NCBI GenBank assembly: GCA_963702845.1
Contig: OY969763.1
Location: 4,224,001 to 4,288,000 of the forward strand
Length of the DNA: 64,000 nucleotides
Direction: 5' to 3'
Origin: an uncultured Verrucomicrobiae bacterium
GTDB taxonomy: Bacteria > Verrucomicrobiota > Verrucomicrobiia > Limisphaerales > Palsa-1400
A model generated the notes under the pieces. That model was given only the letters and a program-made list of their open reading frames with translations. It was not told the origin of the DNA and did no database searches. Positions 10,338-22,500 of this stretch are shown here, one piece after another (the first letter of the stretch is position 1; each line of letters starts with the position of its first letter). A program made the position numbers and the translations under genes.

Positions 10338-11751
10338 ATGAGCACTCCTAAAAGCGTAATTGATAGTGCGAAGAAACAGGGTGCGAAGATGGTTGACGTG
10401 AAGTTCGTCGATACCTTCGGCACCTGGCAACATTTCACAGTCCCGATGGGCGAACTGACCGAAGAAGTCTTCGAAGAAGGTTTCGGTTTCGATGGTTCCT
10501 CAATCCGCGGATGGAAATCGATCGAAGCCTCCGACATGCTCGCCATGCCTGACCCGGCGACCGCCTTCATCGATCCTTTCTGCGCTGTCCCGACTCTGTC
10601 GCTGACCTGCACCATTGCCGAAACAGGAACGAAGGAAGCTTACAATCGTGACCCTCGTGGCATCGCACAACGTGGTGAAGCCTATCTCAAATCCACCAAG
10701 ATCGCCGACACCGCAGTGTTTGGTCCCGAAGCTGAGTTCTTCATCTTCGACAACGTCCAATATGATTCCAAAGCCAACGGCACCTTCTACTCGGTCGATT
10801 CCGAAGAAGGCGATTTGGAACACCGGCCGCGATGAAATGCCGAACCTCGGCTACAAGATTCGCTACAAGGAAGGTTACTTCCCTGTCGCGCCGACCGACA
10901 CTCAGCAAGACATCCGCACCGAGATGTGTTTGGTCATGGAACAACTCGGGATCAAGGTGGAACGTCAACACCACGAAGTCGCCACTGCTGGTCAGGCTGA
11001 AATCGATTTTCGTTTCGATACGCTGGTCAAGACCGCCGACACGATGATGCTTTACAAATACATCATCAAGAACGTCGCACGGAAACACGGCAAGACCGTC
11101 ACCTTCATGCCCAAGCCGCTCTTCGGTGATAACGGTTCCGGCATGCACACGCATCAATCGTTGTGGTCCAAGGGTAAGCCGTTGTTCGCTGGTAAAGAAT
11201 ATGCCGGCTTGAGCCAGATGGCCCTGTACTACATCGGCGGCATTTTGAAGCACGCGAAAGCCCTGTGCGCGATCTGCAATCCGACGACGAACTCCTACAA
11301 ACGCTTGGTTCCTGGCTACGAAGCTCCGGTTAACCTCGCTTACAGCGCGCGTAATCGTTCCGCTGCGATTCGTATCCCGACCTTCAGCGAAAGCCCGAAA
11401 GCCAAGCGCATTGAGTATCGTCCGCCGGATCCGGCTGCGAACCCTTACCTCGCCTACACCGCCCTGCTCATGGCAGGTCTCGATGGCGTGTTGAACAAGA
11501 TTGAACCGGGCGAACCGCTGGACAAAAACATCTACGAACTGCCTCCGGAAGAACTGAAGAAGGTTCCGAATGTCCCCGGCAGCCTCGGCGAAGCGCTGGA
11601 TTGTTTGGAGAAGGACAATGCATTCCTGCTCAAGGGCGACGTATTCACCGCTGACTTCCTGGAAATGTGGATAACTCACAAGCGCAAGGAACATGATGCG
11701 CTGCGTTTGCGTCCGCATCCTTACGAATTCTTCCTCTACTACGATGTGTAG
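10338..11751 (+). CDS. glnA: Glutamine synthetase type I (one apparent frameshift near 10810)
   Basis: [63 protein letters not shown] across two frames. Confidence 0.95.
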
Positions 11752-11774
11752 TTCGTAGTTCAGGCGGAGTGCTA

Positions 11775-11811
11775 AACGCCCCGACGCTGTTCGTCGGGGC
11801 GTTATTTTTTT
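11775..11811 (+). terminator. Rho-independent terminator after glnA
   Basis: Same hairpin as at 4398 followed by ATTTTTTT. Confidence 0.85.
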
Positions 11812-12133
11812 ATGGATAAACGTGCGTTGTAATCGAGCAATGCGGCGGGTTCGTCACAGCATTGATGATGTATTTCCCCATTCCCGGACATTCCGGCATT
11901 TTGTTTTTCGGCAAATACGGCAGAAGTTGATCAACCGGCGGAACAGCATCGGGCGCTTGCTTATGGTCGTTCGTCCATTTCACTTTCGCGCGTTGAATTT
12001 CATCTAACTGGGCGTGGCAAATCTCTCGGGTCGGATCGTCTGTCGGTGGTGACTCGCCAGTGAACAAAAAAGATATTCCCCAAACCCCAAGCGCCAGCCC
12101 CACGATCAGCAGGTTGCGCGTGAGCTTGTCCAT
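11810..12133 (-). CDS. Hypothetical membrane-anchored protein (pilin-like C-terminus)
   Basis: N-terminal TM, C..L..I..AK..W and MPECP.G.Y...PHCS pattern; abuts lptE stop. Confidence 0.6.
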   Translation of the reverse strand: MDKLTRNLLIVGLALGVWGISFLFTGESPPTDDPTREICHAQLDEIQRAKVKWTNDHKQAPDAVPPVDQLLPYLPKNKMPECPGMGKYIINAVTNPPHCSITTHVYP

Positions 12134-12637
12134 TTACCAACTCCCATCAGCGAGACTGGAAATGGCATTGCGTGCTAAATCTTCAGCCAGGAGCGGCACG
12201 GCCTGGCGTTCGGCGGCGGCAAGGTCGGTCCCGACACGAACAGTGGTGCGGCCATAAAGGGTGCGATTCAAATTGGTTTTGCCGGTGGAACGTTCGACAG
12301 CGGTAATGTCGGCGAACATCGTTAAGGTGTAGTCCTGCGGAGTTAAAACGTCGGTGGGATTAGCGGCCAATTCGCTGCGGTCGAACCTTGTGATTTTTCC
12401 GCTGAGCACAATGTCGCCGGTCCCTTGGGTTTCAAGACGGAAGGTGCCTTCCTGTTGGATGCGCTTGCGCAATGACAAGCTCACGTAATCCGTCAGACGC
12501 GGCTCCAATGTCTCATTGCGAAACGTTTCAACCGACACTGACCTGCTCCCGGCAACATCGCCGTTGGTTGGCCCCAACCTGTATCCAGCGCAACCGCACA
12601 GGGCGGCGACCAGAACGAGTGAGAGCATCGCGCGCAT
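12134..12637 (-). CDS. lptE: LPS assembly lipoprotein LptE family
   Basis: Lipobox LCGC-AGYRLG, FRNETLEPRL, follows bamD. Confidence 0.75.
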   Translation of the reverse strand: MRAMLSLVLVAALCGCAGYRLGPTNGDVAGSRSVSVETFRNETLEPRLTDYVSLSLRKRIQQEGTFRLETQGTGDIVLSGKITRFDRSELAANPTDVLTPQDYTLTMFADITAVERSTGKTNLNRTLYGRTTVRVGTDLAAAERQAVPLLAEDLARNAISSLADGSW

Positions 12638-13654
12638 TTATTTCGGGTTGGTACTCGGCGCTGTCGTCCCTTCGGCGCCACTCGTTTTTTTCTTCAACGC
12701 TTCGATCCGTTGACGTGCCTGGGTGCCCATTGGTGAGTTCGCGTCGATCGCGTAAGCCGCGTTATAATAAATCCGCGCCGCTTCCCACTTATTTCCTTTT
12801 TCGTAATACTGCGCAATGCGGAAATTGCCGCGCGCTTCTTCAGACTTCAACGAGGCAATGCGCCGTTGCGCATCCGGCACACGCGGATCATCGTCGTAAA
12901 GCGCCATAAAATCCGTGAATGTGGCGATCGCTTTTCCGGCAACACTCTGGTCGTAATCCGCCGTGCGCGCTTCCTTCTGATATGCCAATCCGGCCTTGAA
13001 CGTCGCGTCGGCAGCGACCTGCCGTTGATCCGCGTAGCGGTCAGCCGCGCGTTCATACGCTTTCACTGCCAGCGGATATTCTTTCTGCTTTTCACGGGCC
13101 GCGCCGACGTCCATTTGCGCCTGCGGAGCAATCGGGCTATACGGACCGTTCTTCACCACCTTGTCGAACAATCCCGCCGTTTTTTCCCACGACCGATAGA
13201 GCGGAACGTAACCAAACAGCCGATAGAACTGCCCATTGAGATAACGCACTGCGATATCGAATTGCCGTTTTTGCACATCCTGGTAGTCCGTGAACTTCGG
13301 ATATTTTTCCAGCACTTCCTGGTAAGCCTTGAACGCCTTCTCATCCTTGTGCTGCGCTTCATAGCAACGCCCGATCAGATACTGCGCTTGCGGCGCAAAG
13401 TCCGAAAGCTTGCGCATCTTCACCGTTCGTTTGGCCGCTTTCATTGCGAGCCCGTAATCCTTTTTGTCGAACGCCTCCTGCGCGACCTGCAACTGTTCGC
13501 GCGCGCTTTGCCGCTGCCACTTGCCTTTTTCCTCACCGGGCCATTCATAGGTGAAACCTTCCCCCTGCCGATAAATCAAAGGCGCGGGCGAACGAAAAGG
13601 AAACGCGATCAACGCGAGTAATAACAGGACGATACGAAACAAACGGCCACGCAT
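12638..13654 (-). CDS. bamD: Outer membrane protein assembly factor BamD (TPR)
   Basis: TPR helices, DYDQS...AIATFTDF, RIAQYYEK...AARIYY. Confidence 0.8.
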   Translation of the reverse strand: MRGRLFRIVLLLLALIAFPFRSPAPLIYRQGEGFTYEWPGEEKGKWQRQSAREQLQVAQEAFDKKDYGLAMKAAKRTVKMRKLSDFAPQAQYLIGRCYEAQHKDEKAFKAYQEVLEKYPKFTDYQDVQKRQFDIAVRYLNGQFYRLFGYVPLYRSWEKTAGLFDKVVKNGPYSPIAPQAQMDVGAAREKQKEYPLAVKAYERAADRYADQRQVAADATFKAGLAYQKEARTADYDQSVAGKAIATFTDFMALYDDDPRVPDAQRRIASLKSEEARGNFRIAQYYEKGNKWEAARIYYNAAYAIDANSPMGTQARQRIEALKKKTSGAEGTTAPSTNPK

Positions 13655-13787
13655 GTCGGTGACTTTAATTAACGGTCTACTACAAGTCAACGGTGGTGAG
13701 CCATTGAGAAAAACGTTCGTCGTCGCCAAACAAAAAAACGCAGCAAAGGAAACCTCTGCTGCGTTTTCAATTCTGTTTGTGGGCGAG

Positions 13788-15395
13788 TTACACCGCCATG
13801 CCGAGCAGAAACTCGATGTTCGAGTTGGTCTTCTTTAGCTTGCCGAGCAAAAGTTCCATCGCTTCGACCGGTGGCACGCCAGTGAGCGCGCGACGCAGCA
13901 TGACGACCTTGCCGTATTCGTCCGGATGATAGAGCAGTTCTTCTTTGCGCGTGCCGGACAGCTCGACGTTAATCGAAGGGAATATGCGGCGATCGACGAG
14001 GTGACGGTCCAAATGGACTTCCATGTTGCCGGTGCCTTTAAATTCTTCGAAAATGACTTCGTCCATGCGCGAACCGGTATCGACCAGCGCCGTCGCCATA
14101 ATCGTCAGCGAACCGCCTTCTTCGATGTTACGCGCCGCGCCAAAAAACCGCTTGGGCTTGTGCAACGCATTCGCATCCACACCGCCTGACAGAATTTTGC
14201 CCGAATGCGGCTGAATCGTGTTGTAAGCGCGCGCCAGACGAGTGATGGAATCGAGCAAGATCACGCAATCGCGTTTGTGCTCGACCATGCGCTTGGCCTT
14301 TTCGATGACCATTTCGGCGACCTGCACATGGCGCTCCGGTGGTTCATCGAACGTCGAGCTGATCACTTCCGCGCCTTTGCAGGAACGTTCCATGTCCGTG
14401 ACTTCTTCAGGTCGCTCGTCGATGAGCAGGATGAAGAGATACGACTCTGGATTATTCTTCAAAATCGCGTTCGCCAACTTCTGCATCAACACCGTCTTAC
14501 CAGTGCGAGGCGGCGCAACGATCAATCCGCGCGTGCCTTTGCCAACGGGGCAAACGAGGTCGAGGACACGCGTCGAAAGTTCTTCCGGGCCGGTCTCCAA
14601 CAGGAAACGCTTATGCGGGAACAACGGCGTCAGGTTATCAAAATGAGTCTTATCCTTCGCCTTGTCCGGATCTTCACCGTCGACCGCCTCAACCTTCAGC
14701 AACGCAAAAAAGCGTTCCTTATCTTTCGGCGGACGAATCTGGCCGGTGATCAAATTGCCGGTCTGCAAATCAAACCGGCGAATCTGCGACGGCGACACGT
14801 AAATATCTTCCGGGCACGGCAGATAATTGAAACTGCGCGAGCGCAAGAAACCGAAACCTTCCGGCAAAATTTCCAGCACGCCTTCAGAGAACAAAACACC
14901 GGAGCGTTCCGCGTTGCTCTGCAAGATGTGGAAAATCAGCTCGTGCTTGCGCATGGTGCCGAAGTTCTCGATCCCCATGTTTTTCGCCATGGTATTGAGG
15001 TCCGGCATGCTCATCGCCTGCAAAGCAGCGATATTGATCGACTGCCCCTTCGGCAAATCTTCACCGCGACCGCGATTACGATCGCGATTACGCTGTTCCC
15101 ACTCGCGCTGTTCCACGTCATCGGGCGGAAAATCGTGGCCGCGCATGTCTTTACCACGGGCGGGCTCTGCGGCGACCTGCTCAGACTTCATGCCGTCGGC
15201 TTGGACCGGCGCCGGCTCGTCGCGCGTAAACTCAGGTTCACGTTGGGGTTCGGATTGGCGTTCAGGCGCGCGTTCCACGACGGCCGGTTCGGCCACCGCT
15301 TGCGCGATCGATTCAGAAGCCTTTCGCTCCAGCACCTCGGTGCTGGCTGCTTTCGCGCCCTTCTTAGGGGTTTTTTTGGACGCAACTCTTGGCAT
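13788..15395 (-). CDS. rho: Transcription termination factor Rho
   Basis: [50 protein letters not shown]. Confidence 0.98.
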   Translation of the reverse strand: MPRVASKKTPKKGAKAASTEVLERKASESIAQAVAEPAVVERAPERQSEPQREPEFTRDEPAPVQADGMKSEQVAAEPARGKDMRGHDFPPDDVEQREWEQRNRDRNRGRGEDLPKGQSINIAALQAMSMPDLNTMAKNMGIENFGTMRKHELIFHILQSNAERSGVLFSEGVLEILPEGFGFLRSRSFNYLPCPEDIYVSPSQIRRFDLQTGNLITGQIRPPKDKERFFALLKVEAVDGEDPDKAKDKTHFDNLTPLFPHKRFLLETGPEELSTRVLDLVCPVGKGTRGLIVAPPRTGKTVLMQKLANAILKNNPESYLFILLIDERPEEVTDMERSCKGAEVISSTFDEPPERHVQVAEMVIEKAKRMVEHKRDCVILLDSITRLARAYNTIQPHSGKILSGGVDANALHKPKRFFGAARNIEEGGSLTIMATALVDTGSRMDEVIFEEFKGTGNMEVHLDRHLVDRRIFPSINVELSGTRKEELLYHPDEYGKVVMLRRALTGVPPVEAMELLLGKLKKTNSNIEFLLGMAV

Positions 15396-15554
15396 ATAAA
15401 AAAATTAAAATGTGTGGCCTACAACTGGCAGGGAAATATCGGTCTCCTGCGGGAAAAGATCCTATTGGGTCTTTCCGGATTCCTCTTTACGACTGTTGGA
15501 CAGTGACAGCTGGAAAAGTATTCAAATGTAAATGTGGGGGAACTCTACCTGCCG

Positions 15555-17732
15555 TCAATACGGCAGAGGATATCTGGCCGTAAGTTCACGCACACGTTCT
15601 CGCACCTTTCGAGCTGTGTCAAGATTCTTAATATCCAGCAAAACTTCGCTGATCATGTCCGCAACTGCGGCCATCTCAGGCTCTTTCATCCCGCGCGTGG
15701 TCACCGCCGGAGTGCCCAAACGTATCCCGCTGCCCTGGAAAGGCGATCTCGTTTCAAACGGGATAGTGTTTTTATTGACAGTAATCCCCGCTTCGTCAAG
15801 CGCCAACTGGCAATCTTTTCCGGTCAATCCGCGCGCGCCCACATCCACCAGCATCAGATGATTATCCGTTCCGCCGCTCACAATCCGGAAATGATTACGC
15901 GCCATCCCTTCTGCCAGTGCCTTCGCATTGGTCACGATCTGCTGTTGATACGTCTTGAACGCCGGCTGCAACGCTTCGTGAAAACAAACCGCCTTCGCCG
16001 CGATCACATGCATCAACGGACCGCCTTGAATACCCGGGAAAATATTCGAATCGATGTCCTTCGCGAATTTCTCGCGGCACATGATCAAACCACCACGCGG
16101 TCCGCGTAAAGTTTTGTGCGTAGTCGTCGTGACAAAATCCGCATGCGGAAACGGGCTCGGATGCAATCCCGCCGCCACTAACCCCGCGATGTGCGCAATG
16201 TCCGCCAGCAAATAAGCGCCCACATCACGCGCGATTTCGCCCATGCGCTTGAAATCAATAGTGCGCGGATACGCGCTCGCGCCGACCGTGATCATCTTCG
16301 GCTTATGTTCCTGCGCCATCTTGTGCAGCTGATCGTAATCGATCCGCTCGTCGTCCTTGCGCACGCCGTAGTGAACGATTTCAAAAAACCTGCCGCTGAA
16401 ATTCGCTTTGTTCCCGTGCGTGAGATGGCCGCCATGCGACAAATCCATCGTCAACATCTTGTCACCGGGCTTCAGCACCGAAAAATAACAAGCCATGTTC
16501 GCCTGGCTGCCCGAGTGCGGCTGCACGTTCGCGTGTTCAGCGCCGAAAATCTGCTTCGCGCGGCTGATGGCCAATGTCTCCACCACATCCACGTGTTCAC
16601 AACCGCCATACCAACGCTTGCCCGGGTAACCTTCGGCATACTTGTTCGTCAGCACCGAACCTTGCGCTTCCATCACTGCTGGACTGACAAAGTTCTCACT
16701 GGCGATCAGCTCGATATTTTCCTGCTGCCGTTGGCGCTCCAGAAAAATCGCATCGGCGATTTCCGAATCGACAAACTTCAATTTCAGATTCGTGGGAGTA
16801 GAGTGTGGTTCCATTTTCTTAACGCGGCGTTCGTGACGACCGCCTTCAAATTGTGCTGCTAAAAATGCCTGTAAAATATTGCGGGCCTTGTCTGGCGGAA
16901 CAACGCTCGCGCCCAGGCAAAGGACATTTGCGTTATTATGCCGACGACAAAGCGCCCCCATTTGTTCATCAAAAACCAGCGCCGCGCGAATTCCCGGCAT
17001 CTTATTTGCCGTGATACTCATGCCGACGCCCGTCGAACAAACCAAAAGCCCAAACTCAGATCTTCCGTCCGTGACCGCCTCCGCCACCATCCGCGCGTGA
17101 TCCGGGTAATCCGTTGATTCGCCCGAATTCGTCCCAAAATCCACAAAGCTGATCGACTTGCTATGAAGGTAATCCTTCAAAAATTCTTTCAGCTCAAACC
17201 CGGCATGGTCCGAGCCAATCGCAAACATCGCCTTCTCACTATGCTGCTGCTGATCGGTCGCATGCTCCGGCGTACCTGTTTGCTGCAAAAAATTCAGCAT
17301 CGAGATGATCCCCTGCTCGATCTGGTCGCGCGTATACGCATACGTATCAAACGAGCCGCCAATGGGATCACTGATATCCTTCTCAAAGTCATCCAGCGTC
17401 TCGTCGAACTCCCGCAGCAAAAATGTTTTCTCCGACGCCTGCGGATACAGCAGGTTCACCGTATCCACGTGGCTGTGCGTCATCCCGAAAATAAAATCAG
17501 CCTGTTCCACCAGATCTGCCGATAACATCCGGCTGCGCTGGTGCGAAATATCAATGCCCAACTCCCGTAGGGCCCGCACCGCGTTCAAGCTCGGTACCTG
17601 GCCGTCGCAGGCGCCCACGCCCGCCGAAAACACCTGATATTCATTCGAGCCCCGCGTCGCATGCCGAAACAGCCCCTCGGCCATGGGGCTGCGGCAAATA
17701 TTACCAGTGCATATAAACAGGATGGTCTTCAT
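15555..17732 (-). CDS. glyA: Triple fusion: LMW protein Tyr/Arg phosphatase + ribose-5-phosphate isomerase B + serine hydroxymethyltransferase
   Basis: [12 protein letters not shown] and [80 protein letters not shown] in one 725-aa ORF. Confidence 0.93.
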   Translation of the reverse strand: MKTILFICTGNICRSPMAEGLFRHATRGSNEYQVFSAGVGACDGQVPSLNAVRALRELGIDISHQRSRMLSADLVEQADFIFGMTHSHVDTVNLLYPQASEKTFLLREFDETLDDFEKDISDPIGGSFDTYAYTRDQIEQGIISMLNFLQQTGTPEHATDQQQHSEKAMFAIGSDHAGFELKEFLKDYLHSKSISFVDFGTNSGESTDYPDHARMVAEAVTDGRSEFGLLVCSTGVGMSITANKMPGIRAALVFDEQMGALCRRHNNANVLCLGASVVPPDKARNILQAFLAAQFEGGRHERRVKKMEPHSTPTNLKLKFVDSEIADAIFLERQRQQENIELIASENFVSPAVMEAQGSVLTNKYAEGYPGKRWYGGCEHVDVVETLAISRAKQIFGAEHANVQPHSGSQANMACYFSVLKPGDKMLTMDLSHGGHLTHGNKANFSGRFFEIVHYGVRKDDERIDYDQLHKMAQEHKPKMITVGASAYPRTIDFKRMGEIARDVGAYLLADIAHIAGLVAAGLHPSPFPHADFVTTTTHKTLRGPRGGLIMCREKFAKDIDSNIFPGIQGGPLMHVIAAKAVCFHEALQPAFKTYQQQIVTNAKALAEGMARNHFRIVSGGTDNHLMLVDVGARGLTGKDCQLALDEAGITVNKNTIPFETRSPFQGSGIRLGTPAVTTRGMKEPEMAAVADMISEVLLDIKNLDTARKVRERVRELTARYPLPY

Positions 17733-18082
17733 TCCTTCGACAAGCTGTCAAGTTGGGCTTCAGACAAAAAATCGTCAATCGCGAAAATTCGCGCTGCGTC
17801 AATGTAGAGGGCAAAACCCTCACCGACAAGAGCGATGCAATTTTCGTTCCGAAAACCCGTCTGCGAAAATATTTTCATCACGATGCGCCAGCCTTCTAAT
17901 GATTTCACAAAATCAACCTCCCGCCAAACCAACTCTCGTTTTTGCCGACAGGCGTTTTTCGATACGCCTTGTTCCCGGAGGCAAGTGTTCGCTAGTGTTT
18001 TCCCCGATGCGGCGCTACGATTGTTACTCGTAGTCTATTGTGAATCCCGCGCTCATCGGGGCATTCTCTTCAAAAAATAAAT

Positions 18083-18799
18083 ATGTCGTTGATCAGCAGT
18101 CTTGGTAACGCCGTGCGGAAAATGCGCCGTGAACTGGGCATTTCGCAGGAGGAATTGGCCGAACGCGCCGATTTACATCGCACCTACATTGCCGGGATCG
18201 AACGCGGTGGCCGCAACATCACCCTGCGCAGTGTTGATAAACTGGCCAAAGCGCTAAAAGTTTCCGTCGCCACTCTGCTTACCCTATCAGCCGGTGATCT
18301 GACCGACAATGCCACTGCCGCCAATCACAGCTCCCCGGCCATCATCGACATTTTGCTCATCGAAGACGATCCCGACGACGCCGAACTCACCGTCAACGCA
18401 CTCGCCGCAGGACGCCTTGCCAACCGCGTCCACATCGTGGGCGATGGCCCTCAAGCGCTCGACTTCCTGTTCGCGGCCGGCGAATACAGCAATCGTCGCG
18501 ACGCTTTGCCGCAACTCATCATGCTCGACTTAACTCTGCCGAAGCTCAACGGCCTGGAAGTACTGCAACGCCTCAAACGCGACCCGCGCACCCAGAACAT
18601 CGCCGTCATCGTCCTGACCGGCTCGACCAACGAAGCCGACATAGACGAGTGCAAGCGTCTCGGCGTCGAGCAATTCATCGTTAAGCCCGTCGAGTTCTCC
18701 GCCTTCAACCGCGTCGTCCAACAACACAGCTTCCCCTGGGCACTATTGAAACCCGCCCCACAACTCCGCTCACAACCTGACCCATCGGTCCCAAGGTAG
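18083..18799 (+). CDS. XRE-family HTH fused to C-terminal receiver domain
   Basis: SQEELAERADLHRTYIAGIERGGRN; ILLIEDD, MLDLTLPKLNG, IVKP. Confidence 0.85.
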   Translation: MSLISSLGNAVRKMRRELGISQEELAERADLHRTYIAGIERGGRNITLRSVDKLAKALKVSVATLLTLSAGDLTDNATAANHSSPAIIDILLIEDDPDDAELTVNALAAGRLANRVHIVGDGPQALDFLFAAGEYSNRRDALPQLIMLDLTLPKLNGLEVLQRLKRDPRTQNIAVIVLTGSTNEADIDECKRLGVEQFIVKPVEFSAFNRVVQQHSFPWALLKPAPQLRSQPDPSVPR

Positions 18800-19185
18800 A
18801 GCCCGCCGCTCCGCGCGGGCTGTCGGTGACAGCGGCAACAATATGCGAAAAATATCATCGGAATGTTGCAACCTCCTGCAACTTCCGCCTCCTTCCTGCA
18901 ATTAGTTGCAAAGCGGAGCGGTTTTGTAGCAGAAAATCCTGCAACTTTTGTCAAAGGCCGAACGTCGGTCTCGCATCACGCAGAAAATATCACGGGAAAG
19001 TCGCACATTGTCCCACATTCCCGCACATTGTTACACTTTTGGTGCGGATTAAGTCGCACTTTTAGTGCGGTTTTCAAAAAACGAACCGGGGAAAGTTGCA
19101 CATTCTGGACGGCCCCCCAGTGCCGGTAAAGACCGGCGTACGAAGGGATTATAATATGAAGCAACAGCATGTCAATTACGTGTAA

Positions 19186-19298
19186 TAACCCCGAAGGAGT
19201 TTAGGCACTCAGCCCAGCGGTTGCGAGGAACGAGCTACCCTGGGTAAAAACCAAAACGAAGTTTCACGTTCGCGGAGCGGCGACGAAGGAGTTAAAAT
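19186..19298. repeat. REP-like intergenic element (copy 1)
   Basis: AACCCCGAAGGAGTT...AGCCCAG...CTACCCTGGGTAA...GCGACGAAGGAGTTAAAA; similar to 60499-60620. Confidence 0.6.
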
Positions 19299-19533
19299 GT
19301 CTTCTGTTCGCAGGCCATTGGTGCAGCGATTTCCTGAAAACAAGACACAGTATGGAATGTAGCCAACATAGACGCTGCGCCATTGGTTTCTCTAGCTTCT
19401 CGACATGGCGAAAAACAGAACCGACCCGAGCTCGAACGATGAGTTCGCAGGCAAGAAATGGTTAATATGACTTTAGCATTAATTCACCCCTTTTGGTCGC
19501 TCCGCGCGGACCGCTTTTGATTAAACCAATTCT

Positions 19534-22500
19534 CTACTGCGCCTGGATTCGATAAAACTTCGCGGGCGGAACCGGCGTAATCGTGTCACTCAACTGTTGA
19601 ACATCTCCCGTCCCAAAAGTTGAGTACACTGAGCGCCAAAATACCGGTGGATTCAGGTTAGTGGCCATCAACAAGGAATAGAGCATGCGCGGTTGCGTTT
19701 GAATGTTGAACTGAAGCACATTCGAAACGAGCGCTGATTGAATCGTTGGTTGCACAATCGGCAAAATGTTCACCGTCACGCTCGTGCTGACGCCATTAGG
19801 ATTGTCACCATTGTATGCGGTGAAATAAGCATTATAAGTTCCGGGGTTCGTCCACGTTGTGTACGTCGTCCAATTTGCATTCGTCGGTCCTGAATCGAAA
19901 GACCACCTCACGGCCGAGGCGTGGCCATTCACAATCCCATTAAAGGTCAGCCCATGAGCTGCAACCGAGTTCGTGCCGAGTGGCGTTTGAATGCTTACCG
20001 ACAACGCGCCGACTAAATCGCTATCGATGACTTCATCACATCCCATCGACGGCGTGCTCGTCCAGGTCTCCCCATCCATGTCCGTCCCACTCACGTACAA
20101 AGCACTGCCGACCCCACGACCGGGCGATGTTGCAGAAAGGTGGAAGTTGTCGACGAAGACCGGGGCAAACGTCGCTGAGTTAATGTTACCTGCACCAGTT
20201 GGCAAAGGCTGCGTGCAACAATAGTTTAACGTCGAAGCAGCGTTATAATTGTCGAGGCCAAAGCCAAACGGGTAATCGTCCCAATTTCCAATGACGATGC
20301 AGTTGTAAGCACTGCAATTGAAAAGCCCGGCACCAAACGATGAGCTGGGTGATCCGAACCACCGCAAATAATTCTGCGACACCGTGCAGTTGATGACGCC
20401 GCAGGATTGAGCGCCGCCGCCCTGCAATTCTGCGACATTGCCGGTGACGTACGAATTCATGAGGGTTCCAGAAAAAATGCCCGCTCCCGTAACCGCGTTG
20501 TTATTCGTCAGGATACAATTGATCACCATTGCACTTGTCGCACCATACACTCCTCCTCCCGACGTCGCAGTCGCGGGCGCGCCAGAGGAACGCGTGGCGC
20601 CATTGCGTAGCGTAAATCCCATCAACTTCGCTCCTCCGCCAACCCACGCGCATCGCACGGCCAACGGACCGTCGGCAACGTATAGTGGTGGAAGTCCTGC
20701 GCCGGACGGGTCGAACATTCCTTCGATGATCGTCGAAGCGCTGCCATGAACGCTTGTGATGGTGACGGGCTTGTCAATGGTAACTCGATTGGTGATGACT
20801 CCGTCAACCGATCGGCCGCCTGTCGCATACACGCCGTTAGTTACAACAATGAAATCGCCCGGATCTGCAGCATCAATTGCGTCCTGAATCGTATTTGCCG
20901 CAGTCGCCCACGATGTAAAAGGGCTCACCGGGTTTGCGCAGTTAACATCCACGCAGCGGACTACTATTTGCGCCACGCTGCTGGTTGCCATGCCGAACGC
21001 ATTGCTTACAACAACCTGGTATGTGCCTGCAGACTGCGGATCCAAACTGACAATGAGATTAGTCGTGCTGGAATTTGCGAAAAATGGTCCGTCTAGCAGT
21101 GGCACGCCATTCAAAGTCCAGATGCCGGTCAGCGGAAATTGCCCAGTCGCCGGAACGCTCACACTCAGTTTGCCCGGTGCAATCGCTTGTAGCGAAATCT
21201 GCGGGACGATAACAGGCTGCGGCACCCACTCACTGCAACCGATTGATGGCGGATTGCCCCAAGGTCTTCCGTCGATGTCATTGCCAAACACCACCGCGTT
21301 CGTGCCTGCACCGATACATGGTGACCCGGTTGCTAGATGGAGTCCGTCCGGTAACAACTTCGGATCAACAGCAATATTTCCGGTTCCCGCCGGCAATGGC
21401 ATCGTGTCCGAATAACTGATCGTGTCCGAACTGTAGTTCGAGATCGCGAACGCATACGAGGTATTGTTGTAGATGATGCAGTTGATTGCGGTCGCTGCGT
21501 AAACCGCCGCACCGGCCTGCGAAAATCCTCCGCGACTCACGTTATTCAGTACCTGTACAATTGACGAGAAATCGGCCTTGAGCTGCAGAGCCATATCCCT
21601 GCGTTGAATTGCCAATCAGCGCGCAATTGGTTAACGAACACAAATCGGTGCCCCCTGCAGCACTTGAGGCATAATTGCTCGTCACCAAACACTGTCGCAG
21701 AATACAAGACGAAGCCGCTCCGCCATACGTTCCTGCGGTGTTCCCGAGGAGCTGACACGACAAAAGCTTCACCTGATAGGCTGCCCCACCCCAATAACCG
21801 GCAGAATTGGTCACTAAACTGCAATTAAATACCGTTGCTGAATTTGAACTCCCCCACACCGCTCCGCCATTGATCGTTCCGTAATTGGGCGGCGAACTGA
21901 ATGTGCGAGTCGCCCCTGCTGTCAGTGTGAACCCACTCAAAACGGCGGTATTTGTCAGCCAAACACAACGAAGCGCTGAAGGCCCGTTCGTCGCTCCACC
22001 ACCTTGAATGGTCGTGAAAGCCGGTCCGTTGACACTTTGCACAATTATCCCTTTATCAACCACTACACGGTTGGTGATGATACCGTCCGTCGATTTACCT
22101 CCGCTCGCATAAATGCCGTTCGTGACAAAAATCAACTCCCCAGCGGCTGCCGCGCTGATGGCATCCTGAATGTTCGTCGCTGCAGTATTCCACGTCGTGT
22201 AGGGCGCGTTCACGTTTGTCGATGCCGGATCGACATAATGCGCGACCACATTCACCACAGAACTGGTGACTGCTCCGCTCGAATTGCTCGCGACCAGTTG
22301 ATAACCTCCGACGTCATTCAACCCAATCCCGAGTGCAACTAGATTGGTCGTCTGTGTGCCTGCAAAATGGCCGTTGTCCTGCAGCAAAACCCCATCCTTC
22401 AACCATCCAAAATTCAACGCAGACTGTCCGCTGCTGTTTGCCGTAATTGTGAATCCAACCGGATCACTCGCGAGAGCCAGTCGCGGCATTGCGACGATAG

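Noticed and set aside
14205..15506. Long antisense ORFs (e.g. 14205-15506, 4435-5613, 10741-11718, 27649-29085, 56629-57687)
   Set aside because: Shadow frames opposite well-supported genes in GC-rich DNA, no recognisable motifs
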